This document shows positions 10,055-19,089 of a stretch of DNA of 20,000 nt, one piece after another. The translations under genes were made by a program, and so were the position numbers. Origin of the DNA: Thraustochytrium aureum (lineage: Eukaryota); the NCBI GenBank assembly GCA_012862495.1, contig BLSG01000001.1, forward strand, positions 51,283 through 71,282, in the 5' to 3' direction. The notes below the pieces were generated by a model. The model saw only the letters and a list, made by a program, of their open reading frames with translations. It searched no databases and was not told where the DNA came from. Within the stretch, counting starts at the first letter, position 1; each line of letters begins with the position of its first letter.

Positions 10055-11534
10055 GTGAAGGCGCTGCACGACGGCGTGCAGTGCTTCCCGGCGATACATG
10101 CGGAGCTTGAACGCGCTGAACAGGAGATTCTGTTCGAGTGTACTGGTTCGAGTCGGATCGCGCTGGGCGCGCCATGGCGGCCCGGCTGATGGACGCCGCC
10201 AAACGCGGTGTCAACGTCCGCGTCGTGTACGACTCGTTTGGGAGCGTGGACGCGGACCCGGACATGTTTGAAGAGATGCGGCAGGCCGGGTGCGAGGTGC
10301 TCGAGTTCAACCCTATCAAGCCGTGGCGGCGGCGCCTCCTGCGCGGTCAGCCCGCTGACCCGCTGAGCGCGGCCGCCTTCAGCCTGTCATCGTTCTTTCC
10401 GACCTCGTTCTCGCGCATCATCCGCCGCGACCACCGCAAGATGATAGTGGTAGACAGGCGCGTCGTGTTTACAGGCGGGCTCAACGTCGGCGACTTTTGG
10501 CTTCCGGAGAGCCAGGGCGGCGAGGGCTGGCGCGACGTGATGATTCGGATCGAGGGCCCGTGGCGCCGGCGTTCGCCGGGATCTTCGAGCGGCTCGTAGA
10601 TCCCTTGCGCGCTGGCCACGACGATCGCGGCCCGCTGGAGGGCGTGGAGCTCTTGCCTCGGGCAGCTGGGTCGGGGCCCACCTTGATCGACCGCCTCACG
10701 CGCGGCCTGCAGCGGTGGGAGACCTTTCGCGACCGCGTGGCCGCCTCTGTGGACAAGGGCCGAGACGTGTGGAATACTGCGCTGCTCAAGCGCCTCCAGG
10801 CGCTCCCGGAGAGCACGCTCATGCTTTTCCCGTTCCGCGTGCCCTCGCACACCATCGACCCGTCTGGGGCCTGGTGGTCGGCGCAGGGCAGGCTGCAGCT
10901 CGACGTGAGCGCCAAGCAGCAGCGCAACAACAAGCGCGAGCTCTTGTTTGAGCAGGTCAAGTCCAAGTGGCAGCGTCTCGGGTCCAACGTGCAGATAATC
11001 ACGAACGACGCCTTCAGCGAGCGCAACAGCATCCGACGCGGGTACATCCGCGCGATCAACGCAGCCAAGAAGAGGGTCACCATCGTCAACAGCTACTTTG
11101 TGCCGTGCTCGTCGATCCGGCGGGCGCTCTACAGGGCGGCCGAGCGCGGGGTGGACGTTCGCATCATTGTTCCTGGGACGAAGACGGACATGCACTCAGT
11201 GCGCTGGGCCACGCACGCCTACTACGACTCGATGCTGCGCCGGGGCATCAAGCTCTACGAGTTCTTCCCCAACGTCCTGCACAGCAAGGTTTGCATCATC
11301 GACTCGCAGGTGAGCACGCTGGGGACCTACAACCTCGACTACCGCTCTTGGTACCACAACCTCGAGATTGTCGCAGTCGTGCACGACGCGGGCTTTAGCG
11401 CCGAGCTCGAGGCGCGTCTGCAAGAGGACATCGACGCGGACTGCGAGCGGGTCGAGGTGTCCAAGTGGTCTGCGCGCCCGGCGCTCAAGCGTGCTTGGGA
11501 GAACTTTTTCTACTTTTTCCGCCACCACATGTAG
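10055..11534 (+). CDS. cls: Bacterial-type cardiolipin synthase / phospholipase D superfamily protein (ClsB/YbhO-like); 5' end in the gap, two -1 frameshifts at ~10139 and ~10561
   Basis: Two HKD motifs: HRKMIVVD (10432-10455) followed by GGLN, and HSKVCIID (11280-11303) followed by GTYNLDYRS. Also AAKRGVNVRVVYDSFGS, WRDVMIRIEGP, NSYFVP, AAERGVDVRIIVPG and NLE. Homology continues across three frames. Confidence 0.9.
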
Positions 11535-12125
11535 GAGGGAGGGAGAGGGCGCTCGCACACCCCGCATCGCCTTCGTCACTGTTGGGCCTCGCATCTTTTT
11601 TTTTCCAACAAAACTTACAAAAGTTGAAAATTGACACGTTCGGTGGGCTTTGGCGAGCGTTTTTGGTGGGCTCTTTTGATTGATGGGCTATGATGGGCTT
11701 TGATGGCGAGGCAACGTTCCAGCGCTGTCGCGCACTTGCGATTCATTGAGGGCATCCGAACCGGTCACGATCCCGCCAAGGAGGCTCACGATCATTGATT
11801 CGATGCCTTGTCAACCAAAAGCGTTTTAGATCGTGAAGGCCACCGCACCGATCGCAGCTGCAGCTGCACTGCTGAGACAACGGACAGCAGGAGCAGGGCT
11901 CCGCCGATTCATTCCTCAGACGGTCATCGATCCTTCGTGAATTGGACCGCGCTCCGGTGGAATTGGCCCGGGAACTGTCGGCGCCCCTCGGCAACTTGCA
12001 GGGCGCGGCAGACCCGCAACCGTTCGCTGAGCAGCCCCGTGCTTGGCGAAATACCTACCTCTTCTCCCGCACCGCAACGCCATCGCGACAACCCCTCTGC
12101 TCGGTGCGCCCGCAATTGCGACCCG

Positions 12126-13765
12126 ATGACGCCGCTGGACGACGCGAGCAGCGATGGCGCGCATTCAGAGTGTTCCTGGGTTGCTGTCGACGACGGCTTC
12201 GACGTGCGCAGCTTTTCAACCGCGGGTTCAAGCGAGCCGGAGACCCCGCTGCCCGGCCATAAGCGGGGAGGGTCTGCCGTGCTACAAGCATGCGAAGAGA
12301 TTTTGCTTCGCGCCAAACGAGAACAGCGGTGCGCGGACGCCGACAATCGCAACACCCAATGCAGCCAACAGCGCGAGCCCACAGATCCGGAGGACGAAAG
12401 ACCAAGAACTGGCGATTGGCGACCTCGTGCCCACAAAGATGCTGGCTGACAAACGCGCCCGACGCTACTCGGATAGCTACAGGTACCGGTCGCTGCTCGG
12501 TGGGTCCGGCATCCGGGGCAAACTCTGGGAGGGCAGATCAGCAAAACCCATTCACCAACCCAGTCTTCAATACCGCCAAGCCCCACGACGATCTGGTCAG
12601 CGTGGACCGGGGCAGCAGCTGCCTGGCCGTGAGCGAGTTCGACCTTGGCAGGTGCACCGCCAAGCAGTTATTTGGCCAAGAACTCAAAGCTCGCCTCGGT
12701 GCGTTTCGCACCATCGACGCAATCGCGAAAGAACTCGAGCGCCTGTGCCTTGCGAAAAACACAACGCGCAGGCGCAGCGACTACCTCGTCGAATACCGTC
12801 TCCCGGTAGTCGCCAAGATTCCGGCCGAGCCGAAAGAGCACCGAATCGAACCCCTCGGCCAGACGAAGCGCTGTCCAACCTCCTCATTGCGCGGCGACCT
12901 TGCGCCGTGCGCGGATGCGCTGCCCGAAAAAGCCCCAGACGAGGTGAGAAAAGCGCAGCCTGGAGCTTGCAAGCTGCGTATAGTACAGCTTTCCGCACCC
13001 CGAGGAGCAATGGCCGGGTCCAACCCGAGCGGAGCCTTCCATACGGAGCATAGGTGGGGCTTTTTCGCGCTCTCCAAGTCGAAGCGCGCCCGGCTCGGCC
13101 CCGGTCCCGCCCTCGTCCTGCCCGAGTACCTCGTCGCCGACCTCGGCTACGAGTGCGAGGTTTCCGCGTTTGCGCTCGCCCTGCGCCGCCCGCCCATGCG
13201 CTGGAACGCGACGGGGTGGCGCATTTCAAAAGACGAGGACGCCGTGATGCCACGGTTCTTCCAGCGAGTCGCGGTCACCTACCGCTCAGGCCCGGACGAG
13301 CCGTGGCGGGACCTCGGCGTCTTCGCAGGCCCGCGCGACAACAACGAGGAGGCCAAAGTGCACGTGATTCTGAAGCGACGCCAGCGACACAAAAACGGCG
13401 TCGTGTGTCGCTTTCTTCGCTTCGAGCCCATCGTCGACAAGCAGGACAAGCTCGCCTCGTCGCGCGGCTTGCGCGTCGCTGTGTTTGGCCTGCCGCAGCA
13501 GCCGCGCTTGGTCAAGCGGGCAGCGCCGCCACGCAAGTTCGACGCCGCTGAGCCCGTTTGCACGCCCAATTCGACAGCATCAGTCAGGTACACGGTGTCT
13601 CGCCCAAAGGCCAAGCGATCAGGATCGGTCGTGCTCAAGTGCGGCTGGTCGGCGCCAAATTGGACTTGGAAGAACCGCAACAACTCGTTCCGCTGCCGCC
13701 AAGCGATCCGCTCGGAAATCGACGAGCAGCTCGCGGAGCTAGAGTACGAGTGCAGATACCGATGA
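12126..13765 (+). CDS. Protein with a C-terminal F5/8 type C (discoidin/galactose-binding-like) domain; 5' structure uncertain (short introns or a frameshift at 12330-12540)
   Basis: EYLVADLG...VAVTYRSG..EPWRDLGVFAGPRDN...RFLRFEPI...LRVAVFG resembles the F5/8C pattern. High GC3 in the 12290 frame from ~12540. The upstream frame from ATG 12126 (MTPLDDASSDGAHSECSWVAVDDGFDV) also looks coding. Confidence 0.6.
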
Positions 13766-13850
13766 TTCTCTCTTTGGTAAACTCAACGTGCAATTGTTTG
13801 TTTCCACGTGCGTGCGCGTGCGCGCCCGCTGCACGGCGCTCATCCGCCAA

Positions 13851-16800
13851 CTAGCTGGCGAAACCCTCCGCCAACATGTTGACCCAGTCCTCTGCGACGC
13901 CGAGGTTCTGCGGCCTGTCGTGGGGGGCGCTGCTGACCCAGTCCTCTGCGATGCCGAGGTTCTGCGGCCTGCCGTGGGGGGCGCTCGCGTCCTCGCGTCT
14001 TTTCGCTTGGTACCGGAGCGAGGAGAACTTGGACCGGAGCTTGGCAAAGTCCGGGAGATCGTCGGGGCGCACGCCGCCGTTTTCCGCGACGACTTGCCTC
14101 TCGACCGCCGCGGCTGCCTCCTTCGGCAGGATCAACGGAGTCGCGTCCAGAATCGCGCCCAGCATCTCCCCATAACGCGGCGGGAACCTTTTCTGCTTGG
14201 CGTTGGCACCGTCCTGCGGATGCCGGCCTTGCGGCGCGCCTCCGCCAGACGAGAGGTCGCTCCCGCGCGGCCGCTTGGGCCTCTTGTGCGCCCACCGCGC
14301 TTTGGGCTGCCCGTTTCCGGGTGGCCGTACGCTGCAGGCGCTGCGAAGCGGGACGTTGCAGCGCGCCGACCAAGCTCGAAGAGGGCGTGCGTCAGAGCGG
14401 TCTCGCCAGGGATATCAAAGCGGCGAGGGATGCTGGAGCGAAGATAATTCAGTGCAGCACTCCCCGTCCGCAAGGGCGGCGCCGAGACGAGCGTCGCAAG
14501 GACTGGGCCGAGCAAGTCGGCGGGGGCGACGTCGGAAGACGCCCACCCCGGCGGCCAAAAGCGAGACTCGGCCTCAAAGTCTTGCTCCACCAGCGCCCAG
14601 GCGTTTGAGCCGGTGTACTTTTCGCGCAACGCGATTGCCCGCCCTTGCAGCATGCGGCTTGCGGAGAGCACCGCAAACGGGAGCAGATCGCTCGGCTCGC
14701 TCTGAGGCGTCCCTGCACTTGGCGCAAGACAGGGCAGCGACCCGCCGCGCGGCTCGCGGTCGTCTGGCACTAGCGCCGTGCAACTCAGCACGCGGGCGGC
14801 CACTGCTGCATTGCGCAGGCCCGGCTCGCCAGGGTCGCTCGCGAACGGCTCGGAGCTTGGGCCATTCGTATCAGCGCCCCAAGCGAGCTCTCCGGCCCCA
14901 GCAGGCGAGTCGGTCGCAGCGCCCGAATCCCTCCAACCCCTAAAGGTCATGCTCCGGGGCACACTTGCAGCGAGCGCATCAGGGCTGCGACAGAGTGCCA
15001 TCGCATTTGCTGTCCTGCGTTGGTCTAGCACCATCTCGTTCTGGCTATAGTCAACGAGAACGTCCAAGCTGCCAGCCTCCGGCGCAGTGGCGAAGGCCTT
15101 GAGCGACCAGCGAACGAGCGCAGGCCCCTGCACGCCCGGGGCGCGATGGACGTCGTTGGGCCAGCCAGCCCGAGAGCCGTCCTCGGCCCCCTCTTCCAAG
15201 CTGAGAGAGGCGTCCGTCCACGAACCAAACAAGCCAGAGGCCGTGGAAATGAGCACACCCAGCTGGCCCTCGAGCCGCGAGAGGCCGGCCGTGTCGACCT
15301 GGACTAGCTGCACGACCCCGGTCCGCGGGTCCAGCCCGGTCGCAAGGGCCTTGGCAAGCGCCTGCGCGGCCCCGTCGCCCGCTGTGGGCGGCGTTGCGGC
15401 AGCAGCCCGTGCCGCCGCGGACGCAAAGTGCATGTCAAGCTCGCGCGTGACGTCTTGGTGCTCTGCGATAAGGCAGCGCGAGATGGAGACCCGGTGCAGC
15501 CCATTGAGTAGCGGCAGGGCCGCCAGCAACAGGTGGGACTGATAGCAAGTCCCGCCGCCGGGCGCAAGCAAAACGAGCTCGGTGACGTGCGGGAGTGACG
15601 CCTCCACAAACCCGACAAGCGCGTCAAGCAGCGCCAGCACTGTCGCACTGTGCCTCGGCGCCCCCGGGTTCGCGACGACTTGGTCCACTGTGATGCACCT
15701 GCGAACGGCTCTCCCACCGTCTGAGCCCCCAGAGTCCTCCACGTACTCGTACGTGTGCAAGTGGACCCCATGCCAGCCGCGGCCCGCGGCGCGATAGCGG
15801 CCGAGGGACGGCATAAAGGCCCCATGCGAATCGATCGCGTCGCTCCAACAAAGCACTGCAAGAGCGCGCGAGGAATTCGCCGCCGAGGCGGCGCAGGACC
15901 GTGACATGTCCCGGACCACCTCTTCAACCACCGCCCGCTGGTGAAGCGCGCGCGACTGGCGCGTGCAAAACATGCGAATGCTCGAAACGGCCGACTGCAG
16001 AGCGTACGAGGCGGACGCGTGCAAGTCGTGCTCGAGGCCGGCGTTGCTGACTGCGTTCTGGATTGCAGCAGGCACTGCCCGAAAGCGCAGCAGACCGCAC
16101 ACCCTAGGCCGCTCTGGGCATCGCCGCTCAAGGCGCGGCACCCAATGTGGCCGCCGCTGGCCTGACCCGGCGGCGGCGGCGGCCCGAGGTGCGAACTCGT
16201 CCCCGCATCGAGTAGAAAGTACAGCAGATTGACTTGCATCTTGAGCCCCGCGCGCGCCTCTGGGGCAATCGGAATCCTGCTCACCACCGCCATCATCATC
16301 TCGCACGAGTCGGCAACCAGCGCGCCAAACGCATAGTCCGAATCCGAGAGACGTCGCTCGGGCCCGACCGTCAGCACAGAAACAATCCGCGCAAAGTCGC
16401 GCTCTGGCAACACGTGCATCCCAATAGACTGGGCTTGCGCGACCCAGGCACGATACATGTATTGCGCATCCGCGCTACGAAGAATGGTGGGAAGCGCGAC
16501 GACGCGCCCGGGCTCCAGCGCCACAGCGCGGCATCCGGTCCGCGACAGGACCCGAGCGTTTCGGCTCATCAATATGAACTGCACTGCGGAAACGGCCGAC
16601 GTGCGGTCAAACAAGGGCGTGAGCGATGCCGGCTGCGCGGTTGGGCTCATCGAGCTGAGCGACGCAATCGCCAAGCGCCGGTGCAGCGCCTCGCCGATCG
16701 CCCCGGCCGTCATTACGCATTCGAGCACCTCGCGCGCGGTGGCCGCCCTCTCCGACGCCGGCGCAGCGCTGGCAAGGATGTCTAGCAGTCGCTCTCGGAG

Positions 16801-17059
16801 CGTGTGTCCAGCAGGCCCGAAATAGCTGGTACCAGGCGCCTCCGCGGGGCTGGCGCTCGTGTTGAGAGGCGCCAGGGGCGGCGGCGGCAGGCGGCGGCGG
16901 CGGCGGCGCACTGGGGCCGACGGCGAAAGTGGCCGGAGTGCTCGGAGCCGAACGAGTGACTGCTGCTTGGAGGTCTTCAAGCACCGCCGATGACAGTGTA
17001 CTACCGCCAAAGCCGCTGGGGCCAGCAGGGGAGCGCAGCTGCGGAATCAAAGTCGCACT
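13851..17059 (-). CDS. Large (~1000 aa) transposase-derived protein, Sola3-like, with degenerate catalytic motifs; 5' end probably in the gap; frame breaks near 16074, ~14215 and possibly ~16890
   Basis: Ordered motifs across track ORFs 15304..17010, 14132..16306 and 13851..14165: VQFIL, LPTILR, SDYAFG.LV.D, H..C.ALS..CxxC, RALHQ, GWHG, VDQVV, LPHVTELVL..CYQS, EHQD...LDMHFA, GWA, PRRFDIPGE, PDDLPDFAKLRSKFSSL. The order matches, from memory, the eukaryotic DW/FxMK-GISWHG-SDNAxCY-QxGKxxxD transposase family. Confidence 0.6.
13880..13985. repeat. 54-bp tandem duplication encoding an 18-aa repeat (SAPH[G/D]RPQNLG[I/V]AEDWV)
   Basis: tgacccagtcctctgcga[c/t]gccgaggttctgcggcctg[t/c]cgtggggggcgct at 13880 and 13934. 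Confidence 0.95.
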
Positions 17060-17665
17060 NNNNNNNNNNNNNNNNNNNNNNNNNNNNNNNNNNNNNNNNN
17101 NNNNNNNNNNNNNNNNNNNNNNNNNNNNNNNNNNNNNNNNNNNNNNNNNNNNNNNNNNNNNNNNNNNNNNNNNNNNNNNNNNNNNNNNNNNNNNNNNNNN
17201 NNNNNNNNNNNNNNNNNNNNNNNNNNNNNNNNNNNNNNNNNNNNNNNNNNNNNNNNNNNNNNNNNNNNNNNNNNNNNNNNNNNNNNNNNNNNNNNNNNNN
17301 NNNNNNNNNNNNNNNNNNNNNNNNNNNNNNNNNNNNNNNNNNNNNNNNNNNNNNNNNNNNNNNNNNNNNNNNNNNNNNNNNNNNNNNNNNNNNNNNNNNN
17401 NNNNNNNNNNNNNNNNNNNNNNNNNNNNNNNNNNNNNNNNNNNNNNNNNNNNNNNNNNNNNNNNNNNNNNNNNNNNNNNNNNNNNNNNNNNNNNNNNNNN
17501 NNNNNNNNNNNNNNNNNNNNNNNNNNNNNNNNNNNNNNNNNNNNNNNNNNNNNNNNNNNNNNNNNNNNNNNNNNNNNNNNNNNNNNNNNNNNNNNNNNNN
17601 NNNNNNNNNNNNNNNNNNNNNNNNNNNNNNNNNNNNNNNNNNNNNNNNNNNNNNNNNNNNNNNTG

Positions 17666-17700
17666 GCAGCAGCAGCAGCAGCAGCAGGAGCAGGAGCAGC
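17666..17700 (+). repeat. (CAG)n/(CAGGAG)n microsatellite at the gap edge, upstream of RDM1
   Basis: gcagcagcagcagcagcagcaggagcaggagcagc. Confidence 0.85.
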
Positions 17701-17778
17701 TGCAGGCGCGGGGCTCGGCTGGTTTGGAGGAGGCTGGAGACCTCGCGGCCGGCGCTGGGCTGGTTGCCACCGGCGGGG

Positions 17779-18903
17779 ATGCAGGTCGAGGTGGAGTCGG
17801 CCGAGGAGAATGAGCGCAAGCTGTTCCGCTCGTACAGCAACGCGCTGAGGTCCACTGCTGCGGCGCACGGCCCTCCTGGGGCGGAGGATGTTGTTGAGCT
17901 GGTCGATTTTGCGATGCCTGCCGATGGGACTGTCGTCTTTGTGCGGCCCGTGGAGGCCTGGGCGGCAAGCAACGTTAAAATGGAACCGGGCGCGGAGAAG
18001 GACGAGGAGGCGGAGGGCGAACGGCTCAAGTACCACGCTGTGCCCAGCCGTGTCGAAAAGAGTCTCAGCGATCTCTTTGGGAACTTTGGCCTCGTTTACA
18101 GCGTGCAGGTCGAGCTGGCTCGCAAGTTCGCCATGATCCGTTTCTTTTCGCAACAGCACGCGATTCGCGCAGCGGTAAGTGTGCAGCTCTGCCTTGCGCC
18201 TGGTCTTGTGCCTGGTCTTGCGCCTGGTCTTGCGCCTGGTCTTGCGCCTCGCTGGTCTTGCGCCCCGCCTTGCGCCTGGTCTTGCGCCTCGCTGGTCTTG
18301 CGCCTCGCTGCGCTCGCTCGCTGGTCGACCAGCGCATTGCTGACGCAGATGACCGCGCCGCAGCGGCTCGCGACAGGAACTTTCTTCAACGGCAAGGAGC
18401 TCCGGGCCAACCTCGGAGACGTGCGCGACGCCGAGACTGCGCGCAGACCGATGCCCTCCAAAAAGTGCTTTGTGCTGGCCAACTTCTTTGTGGGGTTTGA
18501 GAACTGGTCGTGCCGCATCATCGACCACTACCGCTTTGAATGCAGCGTGGATTCGCAGCGCGGGAGCGCGGGCGACGCAGAGCGGCGCGCGGTTTTTGCG
18601 TTCGTGGTTGAGCTCAGCTTCCCGCGCGCGAGGAGCCCGGGTCCTGTTGCTGTCACCGGCGCAGGGTATGCGCACTACATCTACCAAGGGGAGCGCATGC
18701 CCGGGCTGTGCAAGGTGAACCGGTTCGACGAGCTCCCGGTAATGGAGCAGCAGCGCGTTCCCGCGACAGACCACTTGGGGCGTGCGCTCAAGCTCGCCCT
18801 GGACGCGGCGCGGCAAGCCGCGTTTTCCCAGCTGCAGCTCGAGCTCAACCACTCGCGCAACTCGGTCCGCGTCTTGCACCGTCGGGCCTCTGCATGGGTT
18901 TGA
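17779..18903 (+). CDS. RDM1: RAD52 motif-containing protein 1 homolog (RRM plus Rad52-like motif); join(17779..18174,18364..18903), 311 aa
   Basis: RRM: LSDLFGNFGLVYSVQV..FAMIRFFSQQHAIRAA|RLATGTFFNGKEL. Then KKCFVLANFFVGFENWSCRII, G.G, and KLALDAARQAAFSQL, matching the RDM1 pattern C..LAN..GF..(W/C)S.RII / A...AF..L. Phase-0 intron with GTAAGT donor, GCTGAC branch and CAG acceptor. Confidence 0.85.
   Translation: MQVEVESAEENERKLFRSYSNALRSTAAAHGPPGAEDVVELVDFAMPADGTVVFVRPVEAWAASNVKMEPGAEKDEEAEGERLKYHAVPSRVEKSLSDLFGNFGLVYSVQVELARKFAMIRFFSQQHAIRAAVSVQLCLAPGLVPGLAPGLAPGLAPRWSCAPPCAWSCASLVLRLAALARWSTSALLTQMTAPQRLATGTFFNGKELRANLGDVRDAETARRPMPSKKCFVLANFFVGFENWSCRIIDHYRFECSVDSQRGSAGDAERRAVFAFVVELSFPRARSPGPVAVTGAGYAHYIYQGERMPGLCKVNRFDELPVMEQQRVPATDHLGRALKLALDAARQAAFSQLQLELNHSRNSVRVLHRRASAWV
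18175..18363 (+). other. Spliceosomal intron (189 nt) in RDM1
   Basis: GTAAGT at 18175, GCTGAC at 18339-18344, CAG at 18361-18363; removal restores the RRM. Confidence 0.85.
18192..18310 (+). repeat. Intronic minisatellite, ~12-bp unit cttgcgcctggt with variants
   Basis: ccttgcgcctggtcttgtgcctggtcttgcgcctggtcttgcgcctggtcttgcgcctcgctggt... seen directly. Confidence 0.9.
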
Positions 18904-19089
18904 TCGCTCGGCTCCGGCGCAAGGCACGCATTTGAATTGATTCTTGAACGGAAAACCTGTGCTGTAAAATAGGGTACCATACCTTCCTTCCCTAACACGT
19001 TCCTGCTGAACGCCCTTGCGCCCGGTGCCCTGGCTGCACCCTCGAGGCCCTAGGAGGGGATGTTTCTTTAGAACGACAAGTGTTAGAGC

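Noticed and set aside
3443..10319. Long track ORFs containing X runs
   Set aside because: Artefacts of translating through N gaps
10055..11534. cls as a true pseudogene
   Set aside because: Both HKD motifs are intact, there are no nonsense codons in the repaired frame, and similar single-base losses occur in other genes
13766..13850. Terminal inverted repeat or TSD of an active transposon
   Set aside because: Short 3' intergenic spacer with no TTAA and no visible matching end; the other end is in a gap
13880..13985. Direct repeats as a CRISPR array or LTR
   Set aside because: Two adjacent copies with no spacer, inside a coding frame
18192..18310. LAPG repeat as a protein domain or CRISPR-like array
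   Set aside because: Lies within a canonical intron and has no unique spacers
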